Source of the DNA: Octopus vulgaris
Lineage: Eukaryota
Direction: 5' to 3'
Length of the DNA: 64,000 nt
Assembly (NCBI GenBank): GCA_951406725.2
Contig: OX597830.1
Coordinates: 47,430,001 to 47,494,000, forward strand
The position numbers were made by a program, and so were the translations under genes. Under the pieces are notes generated by a model. It searched no databases. It saw only the letters and a program-made list of their open reading frames with translations, and was not told where the DNA came from. Positions 50,951 to 62,954 of the stretch are shown one piece after another. Each line of letters begins with the position of its first letter. Positions within the stretch are counted from its first letter, which is position 1.

Positions 50951-52108
50951 ACAAGAGCACTCAGAGAGCGCAAACCTTCGCCAAGGCAACACTAATGTCC
51001 TCTCAACGATTAGCCAGAGTTGATTTTCTAAAATGAGAATATCTGAAATAAACTCGACTGCTCTCACAAACGAGAATACTGAAAATGAACCCGACCGCTC
51101 TCAAAAATTAAGTAAAAAAAACCCCCCAAAACGGAATAATAATCCAGAATCTTTGTCTGGTACCCGATCGATCCCAATGGTAGTCATGGAATGTGAAGGT
51201 GGCTGTAGACAATTTACTAACAGTAATCAATAGTTTATCCTTTATCTACTACAAGCCAAAGTTAACAAATCCACGATTCAAAATAGTTTCAAAGGCAGGG
51301 GTAATAATAATAAGTTCTACTCAGGAATTTTTAAATGAATAGCATGGAGACCTTTTGGTTTTCTCTTCTCTAAAATTCTGGCCTTCTTTTAGTATTCCTG
51401 TTGTTTTAGGTCGATGTATAAATGTATGTATATATGTAAGTATACTGTATAGTGTTAAAATGTATGTATAATATATAATATATATTATAAAAATATGTTA
51501 GCAATAATAAATCTCTGAACGAGATATAAACAGTAACTGCACGACAATGTGAGGTATACTAGCCATCTCAATATGGCTAACCACTAAGGGTGGGTGTTAC
51601 TGTAGCTTGTAGCCCCAGGAGAACATCGTCTCCAGCTGGCTTTAGGCACACTTTCTGTCTTATGGTATATGCAAAGGGAGGTCATCCCTCCCTCGTCAAC
51701 CCAAGTGATACGCACGGACTGCAGTTTCTAGGTATTGACCTGAACGGTTTTGCTGCCGTTTGTTTACGCAGTTTGATTTCTTTATTCATCAGTTTCTACT
51801 AAGATAGAGACGCGAGTAAAATTAACAATAGAGAAACGAAAATAAAACTTTGGAAACAGCCTAAAGGGAGATAATTGAGATAGACTCGAAAGTCAACGTA
51901 AGATCATAATCATATAAAGTAAATATAACAAATAATCCAAAATCATTGTCCGGTACCGGATCGATCCCAAAATTTAATTAGTTCGTACCAGTTACGAAAC
52001 CAAACATCCCTGAAAGTTTCATCCGGATCCATCCAGCGGTTCTTGAGATATCTTGTCCACGGATAGACAAACAAACAAACACCTCCTCCTTCCGTAAGGC
52101 GGAGGCAA
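50951..52108 (-). mobile_element. Helentron-associated (HINE/DINE-1-like) element in two pieces (50951-51178; 51930-52108)
   Basis: Subterminal inverted motif ccttcgcc / ggcggagg, terminal stem aagagcactcagagagcgc, (CAAA)n near the other end. Confidence 0.55.
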
Positions 52109-53787
52109 TAATAATAATGATAATGGTTTCATATTTTGCCACAAGGGCAGTAGTTTTGGGGGAGGGGATGAGTTCATTACATCGATCCCAGTGCTCAGCT
52201 GGTACTTATTTCATCGACCCCGGAAGGAGGAAAGGCAAAGTCGACCTCGGTAGCATTCGAACTCAGAACGTAAAGACGAGTGAAATGCCGTTCAGCATTT
52301 TGCCCGACGTGCTAACGATTCTGCCAGCTCGCTGCTTTAATAATAATAATGGTAATAACAACAACAACAACAGATACTGATGGGGATGATGATGATGATG
52401 ATGATGACAACAACAATAACAACAACTATAATAGTAATGTTTATAAATTGGGTCAAATCTATTTAAAAAGGTGTGAACATTATGTTTAAGATAACAGAGT
52501 TTATACACAAACTGTTCTACCGACAAAACTGCATTTGCCAGTAACTGTGTTTAAGTTTGCATCTATGTGCCAAACTCTAAACGTTCCAAATTCCTTTCAT
52601 GTTTACACCAACACTCTTATAGTTAGCTATATATAAATATATAAAAACCAAAATAGAATTGATTCATCTCAGAACTTGTGCAGCGAGAAGATGTCAGAGA
52701 ATCGACGCTTCGACACAGATTTCATTCTAAACTGAAGACGTTTCATTTATTCTCCTCGCCAAATGCCGTCGGAACTAAATCACAACAAATTATTGCTACA
52801 TTCACCGCTAATGGCTCTGTGGCATAATGCCTAAGAAATCTAGCATTTGAAGAACAAGTGTTTTTAGTGACAGAATCTCTCGGTTCTATCCAAAAAATCT
52901 ATTCTACATTCTCGCAAAATACACACACACGTGACTCATGCTCGTATTCTAATGCTGAACGTTAAAGACAGTTCCTTCAGTCTATTGTTTTAACCTCGGG
53001 TCAGCCCTAGTCAGACAGACTTGTATCCAAAGACGTTCTAGACGTGACATTCCCATCTTTTGCACATTGGCCAATGTGTCCGTTCCTAAAAGTTTGAAGA
53101 AGATTTGTCTGCTACTTCTTGCAGGTTGTACAACTTCATGACGGCACTCACTCCCTCTCTTTGGAGAATTTATTAATAACTGTCCTAGTCAGATGGATAA
53201 TTTATATACTTTCATGGGTTGTTTATCTCTTATAATAGTACATAAGAAGCATACAAACTATTCGAATAAACGCGACACGTTTAAAACTGGTTGGAATTTA
53301 AAGATCATGGCGACGGATTTCGGTTTGGTAGAAAATTATATGTATTGAATTACGAGTTCTAAAGTTAACATAAGTTCTGCCACGAATGCAATTTGGCAAA
53401 AAATATTTTATGTGTGTGATTTTAAACATATATTTTAAAAACTTGGTTCATAAATCGGTTAAAACAATCATCAGGCATCACACAGACTCTAGAAAATGCA
53501 ATGTTCAGCAAAAATTTTGCCAGTAAATTCAGCTGATTAATATAAGTAAAGGAAATAATCTCAAATTCTGTACGAAGCTCATTCATCAAATATAGTGTGA
53601 TAATTACTTGTACCAAACTGTATCTTTTAAAATAACAACCGCTTCAGTATCGAATCAAATATGGAAACTCTCTTAAAATTATATTTTCAAATTTTCAATC
53701 AATCTGTCATTAGAAAAATATTTCACCATATTCATGCAGAATGTTATTATACCTATCAGTATTAACCATTTGCTTCAATAAAATATA

Positions 53788-54141
53788 CAGGCGCAGGAGT
53801 GGCTGTGTGGTAAGTAGCTTGCTTACCAACCACATGGTTCCGGGCCGACCAAAGTCTTATGAGTGGATTTAGTAGATGGAAACTAAAAGAAGCCCATCGT
53901 ATATATGTATATATATATATATTGTGTGTGTATGTGTGTGTGTGTATGTGTGTATGTTTGTGTGTCTGTGTTTGTCCCCCAACATCACTTGACAACCGAT
54001 ACTGGTATGTTAACGTCCTCGTAACTTAGCGGTTCGGCAAAAAAACCGATAGAATAAGTCCTCGGGTTGATTTGCTCGACTAAAGGCGGTGCTCCAGCAT
54101 GGTCGCAATCAAATGACTGAAACAAGTAAAAGAGTAAAGAG
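53788..54141 (+). mobile_element. SINE family A with internal deletion
   Basis: ggcgcaggagtggctgtgtggtaag head; gtaaaagagtaaagag tail. Confidence 0.85.
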
Positions 54142-54294
54142 TATGTTCAGTATTTCTTCTGTCTCGTCTCGTACAATCGTTTTATGCAACTCCCGTTCTT
54201 CAGAAAACATGATTTACCAGTAGAAAAGATTACATGGCGGGGAAGCAATGCTTCACAACTACAGAGTATTAATATACATACATACATACATACA

Positions 54295-54328
<34 letters not shown>

Positions 54329-54362
54329 CATAAATACATACATACATACATACATACATACA

Positions 54363-54461
<99 letters not shown>

Positions 54462-54849
54462 TATACGAAGTTAGTTCAGTATATATGCGAAGTTAGATCA
54501 GTAACATAGGAAAATTTATTTAGGAAGTACTATTTTAAAAATAGATATAGTGGACCCAAGAATTCCTTTATTCACCCCAATAGAAAAAATTCCACGACAT
54601 TAGCATCATATATTAAACACCTCAAAGAGTCTAACATTGAGTATAATTAAAGGTGGTTGATAATTACTGAATCAAAACCATGTAATACACATACTAAATC
54701 ATAAAGGAATTGAGTAGCATCGACCCCAAGTACTAATTCTATCGCTCTCTTTTGTGAAGCTGCTAATTCATGGGGACGTAAACATACCAACATCAGTTGG
54801 CAAGCAATGTATGTAATTGTGGACAAAGATCATTGCATCCTGTGTTCTT

Positions 54850-56360
54850 TCATACATGTATCGGGGACTTCCAGTGAACGTGGAGGGCAAGATGCAAACT
54901 CTTCCTATGCTTGTTTTGTTCATGTAAATTACCTACAAAGTACAGTTGAAGGATTTGAGGATCTTGATTTTCAGCAGGTTCAAGCGATCCTATCCTATGG
55001 TAAATCTGTCCCTGCACTTTGAAAGTAGGCACAAACCCGCCTTCTTGAACAACATTAGCGCCGAAAGCTGTCATTTGGAATGCACAATTGTACTTCCGGA
55101 TGTTATTGAGGAAATGTTTCGACACTGTAGTTTAGCCAGTGTAGAGTGACTTTAACAGCTATGGTGGATCCTGCAGCGGAGTGGGGTTAACTTTTCCATT
55201 GGCGCAACACATAGCAGGAGTTTCTCTTGACTGTTTCTTAGCATTGCAGAAAGAGCAAGTGATGGACATATCTCCAGTGTTCATATCTAGGTGGCAAGCA
55301 TAATGGCTTAGGATTGTAGTCGAACGCCTTTAATGACCATCGTGAGCTGCATGGCGTTGAAAATCCTCGTCTTTTAGCTCTTTGTTGAACGGAAGGCTGC
55401 AGCATAGTACATCTCTGTTGTAAGGTGTGGGAAGCTCACGCAGCAGCCATGTTGGCAGCATTCATGACCAGGTGTGTAGTGCATTCGGTTTTGTTCTCTG
55501 CAAGTTGTGCAGCAGCAGTTGATGCAGCATCAGCAATTTGTCAAACTGTACGCTGGCCATCTGTTTGGAGTGCTCTTGAAGTGGCTGTACGTCGCAGCAT
55601 TTTGTGATCGTCTAATGTCAGTTTCCACTGACGATTCGTTTGGCCTCCTTGCTGGTGGTCTTGCAGCTTTCGCAGTTTTTCGTCCAATTGAAGAACTCTT
55701 CCTTCGGAGCATGCTCTAAAATAAGCATGATGAAACGCAGTGAGAGACACTGTTAAGTATGAAATATTAATTGAAAGGTTAGTATGTAAGTGTAGATAAG
55801 TTGCAAACTTGCAGCTGCTGCGGTAATAAAGAACTGGCAGTAGGAAGGTAAATGTGCAAAATAAGATGATGTCGGGGTTATGATATTAAAACGAAAATGG
55901 AAACAGTTGTGAAAGGCAAGGCGAGGGAAATGGTAAGAGCAACGGAGAAAGTGGTTATGAATTGCATTGGGAATGTTGTGGTTTGTGCGGACATGAATTT
56001 CGGGTGTTGTTTGTCAATGCATGGATGCTCTGTCGCATAGACTGGATGGAGAAAGTGTTAATGAGAGAGCAATTGGATGAATTGCTTAGCTTTGTTTAGT
56101 GGTGCTTGTGGGGCAGAAGCTGCCGTTGGTGCTGCATGTGAGTGTAGGAATGGTTATAGGTAAGTTGGTAGGTCTGCAGGCCCTGCATTAAGGAAGAAGC
56201 AAAAGAAAAAAAGGGTTTTGTAATACTGCTTTTCTTTGGATTGTAAAATTGGAGCGCTTGAAATCTAACATCTCGATGAATTTTTTATGCATTTTGCATT
56301 AAAGGAACTTGACCCACGAAAATCTGTCATTCATTTTGAGTTTTGTTATATATATATATA
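54850..56360 (-). mobile_element. Helitron, 5' portion with decayed RepHel N-terminus
   Basis: CSFCNAK..MCCANGKV zinc finger and SKHFLNNIRKYNCAFQMTAFGA..PTFKVQGQIYHRIGSL..LQLYFVG are typical of Helitron Rep N-termini. The 5' limit near 56360 is inferred. Confidence 0.8.
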
Positions 56361-56836
56361 TCAGGTCATCCCATAAGTTCTGTCTGAATTTTGAATAAAG
56401 AAAGCAAAAAGTGATCAAATGTTATACTTAATTGAAATTTAATCATCAATGTACTTCCCCTGATTATCTATGACTTCCTTCCATCTATTTACAAGCTTTT
56501 TAATCCCATCAATGTAAAACTCTTTTGGTTTCAAAGCGAAGAGCTCTGAAATGTCAGTTTTGACCTCCTCCTGGCTTGCGAAACTTATGTCCCTCAAATA
56601 ATTCTGTAAACTACGAAACAAATGGTAGTCTGAAGGAGCAAGGTTGGGAGAATAAGGTTGATGAGGAATTTTTCCCCTACTAAGCTCTTCGATCTTCTGT
56701 GATGTGATCTTTGCAGTGTGGGGTCGCGCATTGTCTTGATGAAACATCACTCCTTTTCGATTCACCAAATCGGGTCTTTTTTTTATCTTCAAAGCTTGGT
56801 TCAAACGCTCTAATTGTTGACAGCAGACTTGAGCAG
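56359..56836 (-). mobile_element. mariner (DD34D) 3' half with right TIR
   Basis: HQDNARPH..PYSPNLAPSDYHLFRSLQN, with 34 residues between the Asp residues. TA|TCAGGTCATCCCATAAGTTC terminus; truncated at ~56836. Confidence 0.9.
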
Positions 56837-56839
56837 ACT

Positions 56840-58548
56840 GACCTCAGCTCATTTTAGCTCGGCTCGGCTTGGCTCGGCTCGGCTCGACTCAGAGAAGGAA
56901 AAGAAACCAACCGGGATTCTCTAAGTAATGGCGAGTGAACTGGGAGAAGCCCAACACCGAATCTCATCGGCCGCGCCGGTCGTCGAGAGCTGTGACCCAA
57001 GGGTCGTACACGGTCGATCGTTTCGCCTGGTTAGGTTCGGAGTCCCCTTGATCGGGGCTGCCCAGAGCGGGTGCCAGTCCTATTTGGAGCCGGCGGCGAT
57101 CGGCGGTGTTCTTCAGCCCGAGAGTCGGGTTGTTTAGGAACGCAGCCTAAAGCGGGTGGTAAGCTCCATCCAAGGCTAAATACGGGGACGAGTCCGATAG
57201 CCGACAAGTACTACGGGGGAAAGTTGAAAAGAACTTTGGAGAGCGAGAGTTCAAGAGACCGTGCAACTGCCCAGGGGTAAACGGGTAGGAGCACTCACCG
57301 CAATTGCGAAAGGACTCAGTCCGCTCCTTCCCACCGATGCGCCGTCATCCCTGACGAACGCGCCTGTGGCGGCCGCTCGTTCCGCGGACGGTCATCTGCT
57401 GCCTCATCGGTGCTCGATATCCGGAGCGCCAGCATCGGACGCACTTTTCAGATCCGTCGTCGAGACCAGTGCCCGTCGGGCCGGTATACGCGCGGCGTCT
57501 GCAGGTGGCAGATAAGCGCCTTGTGCCGTCGGCTTCGCTGCCGGCTGGCATCGGGACATACGCGCTTCTCTCGATCGGGCCTATCGCCCCACGAAATTGC
57601 AGACACGGCTAACCGACGGAGACGGGCTAATGCACCTCACCCTCAGCAAACACGACGCAGCGAGTCGCGCGTTGTTTCCGCGGCGCGTGACGATGCCGCC
57701 TGCGCGCTGCCGCATTGCCTCCCTCACGAGATAGCGACGCGCGGCGGTCGCGAGACCGACCGAAAAGCCGCCCTTGCTGCCGGTCAGCGACGAGCATCGG
57801 CAAACTACCCGGCCCGTCTTGAAACACGGACTGAGGAGTCCCGGTCGACTTGCAAGTCGTTGGAGCCTTTCACCTTGCGAACTCCGACGGCACAGCGAAA
57901 ATGAGAACGTGACACGTCGTCGCTCACGTCGCCGGCGCCGTCGTCGAGGTGCGTGCGGCACCTCGTAGCATCGTTCCCAGGTCGGGTCCACGCGTCCGCG
58001 ATCGCGTTTCCGCGCGTTCGCGACCGCGTTTCCGCGCGTCGTCGCGTTCCCGCTCCAACTCAGGTGTAGCAGGCGGCCGGGGACCCGAAAAATAGCGATC
58101 CACGCCCGGTCGGGACGAATCTGGGGAAACTCTGGAAGTCCGAAGCGCCTCTGACGTACAAATCGATCGTCGGAACCAGGTGTAGGGGTGAAAGACCAAT
58201 CGATCCGTCCAGTAGATGGTTCCCTCTGAAGTTTCCATCAGGATAACTACCGCCAGCAGGAGAACTGCATGCAATTCCGTCTGGTAAAGCGAAAGACCCG
58301 AGGCCCCGGGGACGTTGACGGCCTCGATCTACTCTTGAAATCGGAACGGGCGAAACGGACTGCTCCTCTCCTGATCGGGGGCGGCCGTATATCGCAGCCA
58401 TTGCAACGCGACGAATGCACGGTGCCAAGTGGGCCACTTTTGGTAAGCAGAACTAGTGGTGTGGGATGAACCGAACGTCCGGCTAAGGTACCCTACGCTT
58501 CGCCCATTAGATCCCCGGAAGGGTGTCGGTCGATATAGACAGCAGGAC
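56840..58548 (+). pseudogene. Orphan 28S (LSU) rRNA 5' fragment
   Basis: Conserved blocks ggaaaagaaaccaacc..ggcgagtgaa, gggaaagttgaaaagaactttg, cccgtcttgaaacacgga, gtaggggtgaaagacc, gtgccaagtgggccacttttggtaagcagaact; ends at atatagacagcaggac. No 18S/5.8S nearby, and core motifs carry substitutions. Confidence 0.9.
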
Positions 58549-58597
58549 AACCACATACAATCACCAAACATATCCACTACTTAACACCGTCCAAGTT

Positions 58598-58880
58598 AAT
58601 GGCCCAGTGGTTAGGGTAGCGGACTCGCGGTCGGAGGATCGCAGTTTCGATTCCCAGACCGGGCGTTGTGTGTGTTTATTGAGCGAAAACACCTAAAAGC
58701 TCCACGAGGCTTCGGCAGGGAGTGGTGGTGACCCCTGTTGTACTCTTTCGCCCCAACTTTCTTGTTTCTTGAGTAACGCTGCGATGGACTGGCGTCCCGT
58801 CCAGCTGGGGAGAACACATACGCCATAGAAACCGGGAAACCGGGCTCATGAGCCTGGCTAGGCCTTAAAAGGGCGCATAA
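58598..58880 (+). mobile_element. SINE family C
   Basis: aatggcccagtggttagggtagcggactcgcgg..tttcgattcccagaccgggcg. Confidence 0.85.
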
Positions 58881-59225
58881 ATATTATATATTAACCCTCT
58901 TCACCTTCATGGTTCCGAGTACAGTCCCACTGCATGGCACCTTGGGCAAACACTGGGGTTTAAAGGACATGTTGCTGTACAGCTATTACACTATTTTTTA
59001 ATTTCTTTTTTCGCTCAGGTCAAACATTAGTTTAAAGGTCATGGTCTGACGATGTGAATTTTTCGAGTCCTCTCCCCCACCCTTCCGTTTGCTAGCGCGC
59101 ATTGTTTTTTCACATTCGTTTAGAACAAGTTATTTTACACCTATTACACTATTTTTTCTTTTTTTTTGCTCGGGTCAAACCCTTTACTTTGACCCTTTTT
59201 TCCACCTTTTCACCCAATTTTCTGG

Positions 59226-59499
59226 GATACTACTTGAGAACATCGGTCCTGGTGCGCGCACTCGCGTAGTCACGCATCCGCGCTAGCTAGTCGTGACTAG
59301 TCGATCCTACAACGACTACCTAGCAAAGTAAATAAAACACAAAATAAATAATTCTTTTTACACAGAGTAAATAATTTTTGTTAAACAAAGTAAATAAAAC
59401 ACAAAAACACAAAGTTTGGATTGACTCGTCATGACTAGCTAGCGCGGATGCGCGAGTACGCGAGTGCGCGCACCGGGACCACTGTTCACAAGTAGTACC
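59226..59499. mobile_element. MITE with ~80-bp GC-rich TIRs and 9-bp TSD (Mutator-like)
   Basis: Arms 59226-59307 and 59418-59499 are reverse complements. ATTTTCTGG at 59217-59225 and 59500-59508. Confidence 0.8.
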
Positions 59500-60873
59500 A
59501 TTTTCTGGCCGTTTTCACAGCTATATGCGTTCGATATTTATTTTATTTCCTGTAATATATATTTTTACACTTGGGTCTGGTCGTTTATCTAAACACACAC
59601 GCACGTATGTAAAAAAAAAAACTTGACATTTTGTATATATATATATGTTATGATTTTCCGCATATAAGTGTGCACCACACTAATTCTTTTTTTTTTTTTT
59701 TTCCATATTAAATTCCAATATAACAGTAATCGACATTATCAGAAAGATAGTCGCAGAGAATTCCATTAGAAAAATATCCATTTTTCTGAAAGTTCTGAGG
59801 AAACAAATTCGGAAGGGGGCATTCTTGTGCAGTCACACCCCGTTTGAAATATGTTGATGTCGAAAACCGTCAAACTTTATTATTTGTTTGTCATGTTTGT
59901 TTACACAATTTTTACAACATTTTTTTATTACATTTTTCAGTCTACAGAAATATTTGAACAACAGTTACCTCCCCCTTGTTTGTTTTTCGTCTCAAGATGT
60001 TTTGTCTCCAGTAGATGTCGCTAGAGGGCATGCATCAGCATCATCAGCAGCAGCAGCGCCATCATCGATCGAAGGGGGAGATAACCACAAGTTCATAGAA
60101 CTCCCCTCGAAAAACTCTCCAAACTCCGGAGTTCGTCCGAGCGAGCAACGATGGAGGAGCGCAGCGCAGCACGATGCAAGATTCCTGTTTAAAACCCACA
60201 TAAGCTGGCCACCCCCCGTCGTGTATACGCCGCACTACATATATATGTATGTATATATGGCTGGTGGTGATCGACAGAACAAAATACTGAACCTTCCGCG
60301 ACTGATGTCAAATTATTCAAAATGAAATAATTATGTAAAACACAAAACAAGCTCCAAAAGCATTCTCCTTGATGCTCTGTCTTCCATCTCTTGAAATATT
60401 TCGTTTGTAAACTTAACCAGGAGGAGGACAACGAGGAATATTCAGTCTTGCCAATCTTCTAATTTACTAGACTTTTTGTGAAGAATTACTTGCTGCCTTT
60501 AGTTTGTTTGTTAGAATTATTCGTTTTTTTTTCTTCTTTGTGTGTGGCTGTTGTTTTATACATATTTTAAGGTAAATGCAATTTTATTTTGTTTTTAAAC
60601 TTCATTTAAAATTTTGTTAAGATGTCTTGGGAGAGGATCAACGGGGAAAAATAACTTTTAGCTCGATCTTTTAGCTTGTATTCTTGATGTTGTTGTTGTT
60701 CAAGGGCTTCTTCTACCTTCCTAAGTTACTTTTTTAGCTCAGTTTTTTTTTTGTTTGTTTGTTCGTTCGTTTGGAGATGCATAAAAAGTAAAATTTTTTT
60801 TCCTCTTCTCGTTTAACAAGTAAAGCAAACATCTCGTCGTAAATATATTTATAAATGGTGGTGTGTGCTCGTA

Positions 60874-62576
60874 ATGGAGTCTAAAGTAGTCGATGCCCAA
60901 AACCAGCATTCAGCAGCCGTTGGTAACAGTTCGAGGAACAGCAATAGTAGTAGTAGTAATACAACAGCTACTGCCACCAGTAGTAGTAGTAGTAACAACA
61001 GCAATAGTAGTAGTGGTGGTGGTAATAATAGCAATAATATTGGGGTAAACAACAACAGTTCTTTGGGATGTCCCCCGAACAACAGTGTCAGCAGCAGCAA
61101 CATGAATAATAACAACAACAACAACAACAGCTGTACCAATACCACTACTACTACCACCACAAGTAATTCTATAACAAACCAAACTAACAGCTGCAACAAG
61201 AAGAACCGGGAAGTTATCAATAATTCTGATGACCAATGCTCGACTATTTCTTCAAGCAAAATCGATAATGTGTGTTCGTCTTCGGACTTAGTAAACACGG
61301 CCCGCGGCAATGCAACTCCTTCGAAGTTACAAAAACCCAAAAGTGACTCAAACCAAACGGATTGTAATAAACGGGAATCTGCGGACGATAAATGCGAAAG
61401 CTCGTCCTCTCTTACAAACGCATTTTCGTCGGTTTCGGGATTCTCCCAGTTGCATTCAACTGCTTCAAATGATACCTCACACCTCACTTCTTGTTTCAAC
61501 CACTGCACAAATACCTCTGTATCAAACTCGAATCCTTCTCACATTTATCCTTGTTCCTATTCAGTGCCTTTTTCTGATTCGAACACACACCGTCCGATAA
61601 GTGGAGGGGCATCTGCGAACCCATCTGTATCCCGCGCTGCTGGCAATTCAAGCACAAGTGGGGGCCCTTACAACTGGCAGGCCTCCAAGATATCTGTCCG
61701 AGAACGACTGGCTTACCTCTACAACAATGATGTTATGAGCGATGTGAAGTTCCGTGTTGGCAAGGCTCCTGACTCGCAGATAATCCCAGCGCACAAGTTC
61801 GTTCTCTCTGTTGGCAGTGCTGTCTTCGATGCTCTTTTCAACTGGATGAAGACCAGTAACTACACACACGAAAACCTCATTGAAATTCCGGATGTGGAGC
61901 CGAGCGCCTTCTTGGCTTTGTTGCGATTCCTCTATTGCGACGAAGTCCAAATTAATCCCGAAACCGTCATGACTACTCTGTATGCCGCTAAAAAATACTC
62001 TGTGCCAGCACTGGAGAAGGAATGTGTTGAATTTTTGAAAGGTAACCTCTCCAGTGACAATGCCTTTTTGTTGCTCAGCCAAGCGAGACTGTTTGATGAG
62101 TCACATTTAGCTTCACTCTGTCTGGAAACTATAGACAAAAACACTTCGGAGGCCCTCGCGGCTGAAGGCTTCACAGATATAGATCTCGACACAATGGCCG
62201 TAGTTCTTGAAAGGGACTCTTTAGGAATCCGTGAATGCAAGCTGTTCACGGCGGTTTGTCGTTGGGCCGAAGCCGAATGTATTCGACAAAATCTGACAGT
62301 TACGCCAGCTAACCAAAGGAAGGTTCTTGGTAAGGCACTTCACCTTATCAGATTCCCACTGATGTCCGTTGAGGAGTTTGCTAGGGATTCTGCTCAATCT
62401 GGTATCCTTTTAGATAGAGAAGTTGTAGATCTTTTCCTATACTTTATCAGTTCGAAACCGACATCCAGCTTTTCAGATGTGCCCCGTTGCAGTTTGACTG
62501 GCAAAGAACAAGTGATATCACGTTTCTGTCAAATTGAGAGCCGATGGGGTTACAGCGGCACAAGCGATAGAATCAG
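60874..62576 (+). CDS. BTBD2: BTB/POZ-BACK-PHR protein (BTBD1/BTBD2 orthologue), first coding exon; gene continues beyond the window
   Basis: [80 protein letters not shown] closely follows BTBD1/2. ATG at 60874; CAG|GTCAGT donor after 62576 (phase 2). Confidence 0.93.
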
Positions 62577-62861
62577 GTCAGTAACATTTTTGTCTTTTAA
62601 AAACATCAATCGATTCTACACACATTGCTCCAATATCATTCATTATTTTACGTTGTTGACATTATTTACACACACACACATATATATATACACTAACTTT
62701 AACATGGGAAATATTCTTTATTAAACATTTATTTAGGAACCTTATAACGACTCCCTCATGGAAAAACATTTTCCCTAATTTTCGAAACTTGAGAAACTAA
62801 AATGGACTAATTAGATTTCTATGAAAATAATCGAGTTAAACACCAAAGTAGAAATGCCATC

Positions 62862-62911
<50 letters not shown>

Positions 62912-62918
62912 GATGGCA

Positions 62919-62954
<36 letters not shown>

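Noticed and set aside
52812-52892. tRNA-like ggctctgtggcataatg...ggttctatcc
   Set aside because: Too degenerate to fold into a cloverleaf.
56928-58577. Cluster of GC-rich ORFs on both strands; functional rRNA gene
   Set aside because: The ORFs are shadows of the 28S fragment, which is truncated and outside an rDNA unit.
60849-62249. Minus-strand and alternative-frame ORFs over the BTBD exon
   Set aside because: Antisense or frame shadows of a real coding exon.
62577-62724. C-terminal tail of the 619-aa ORF
   Set aside because: Homology stops at SDRIR at a splice donor; the rest is intron read-through.
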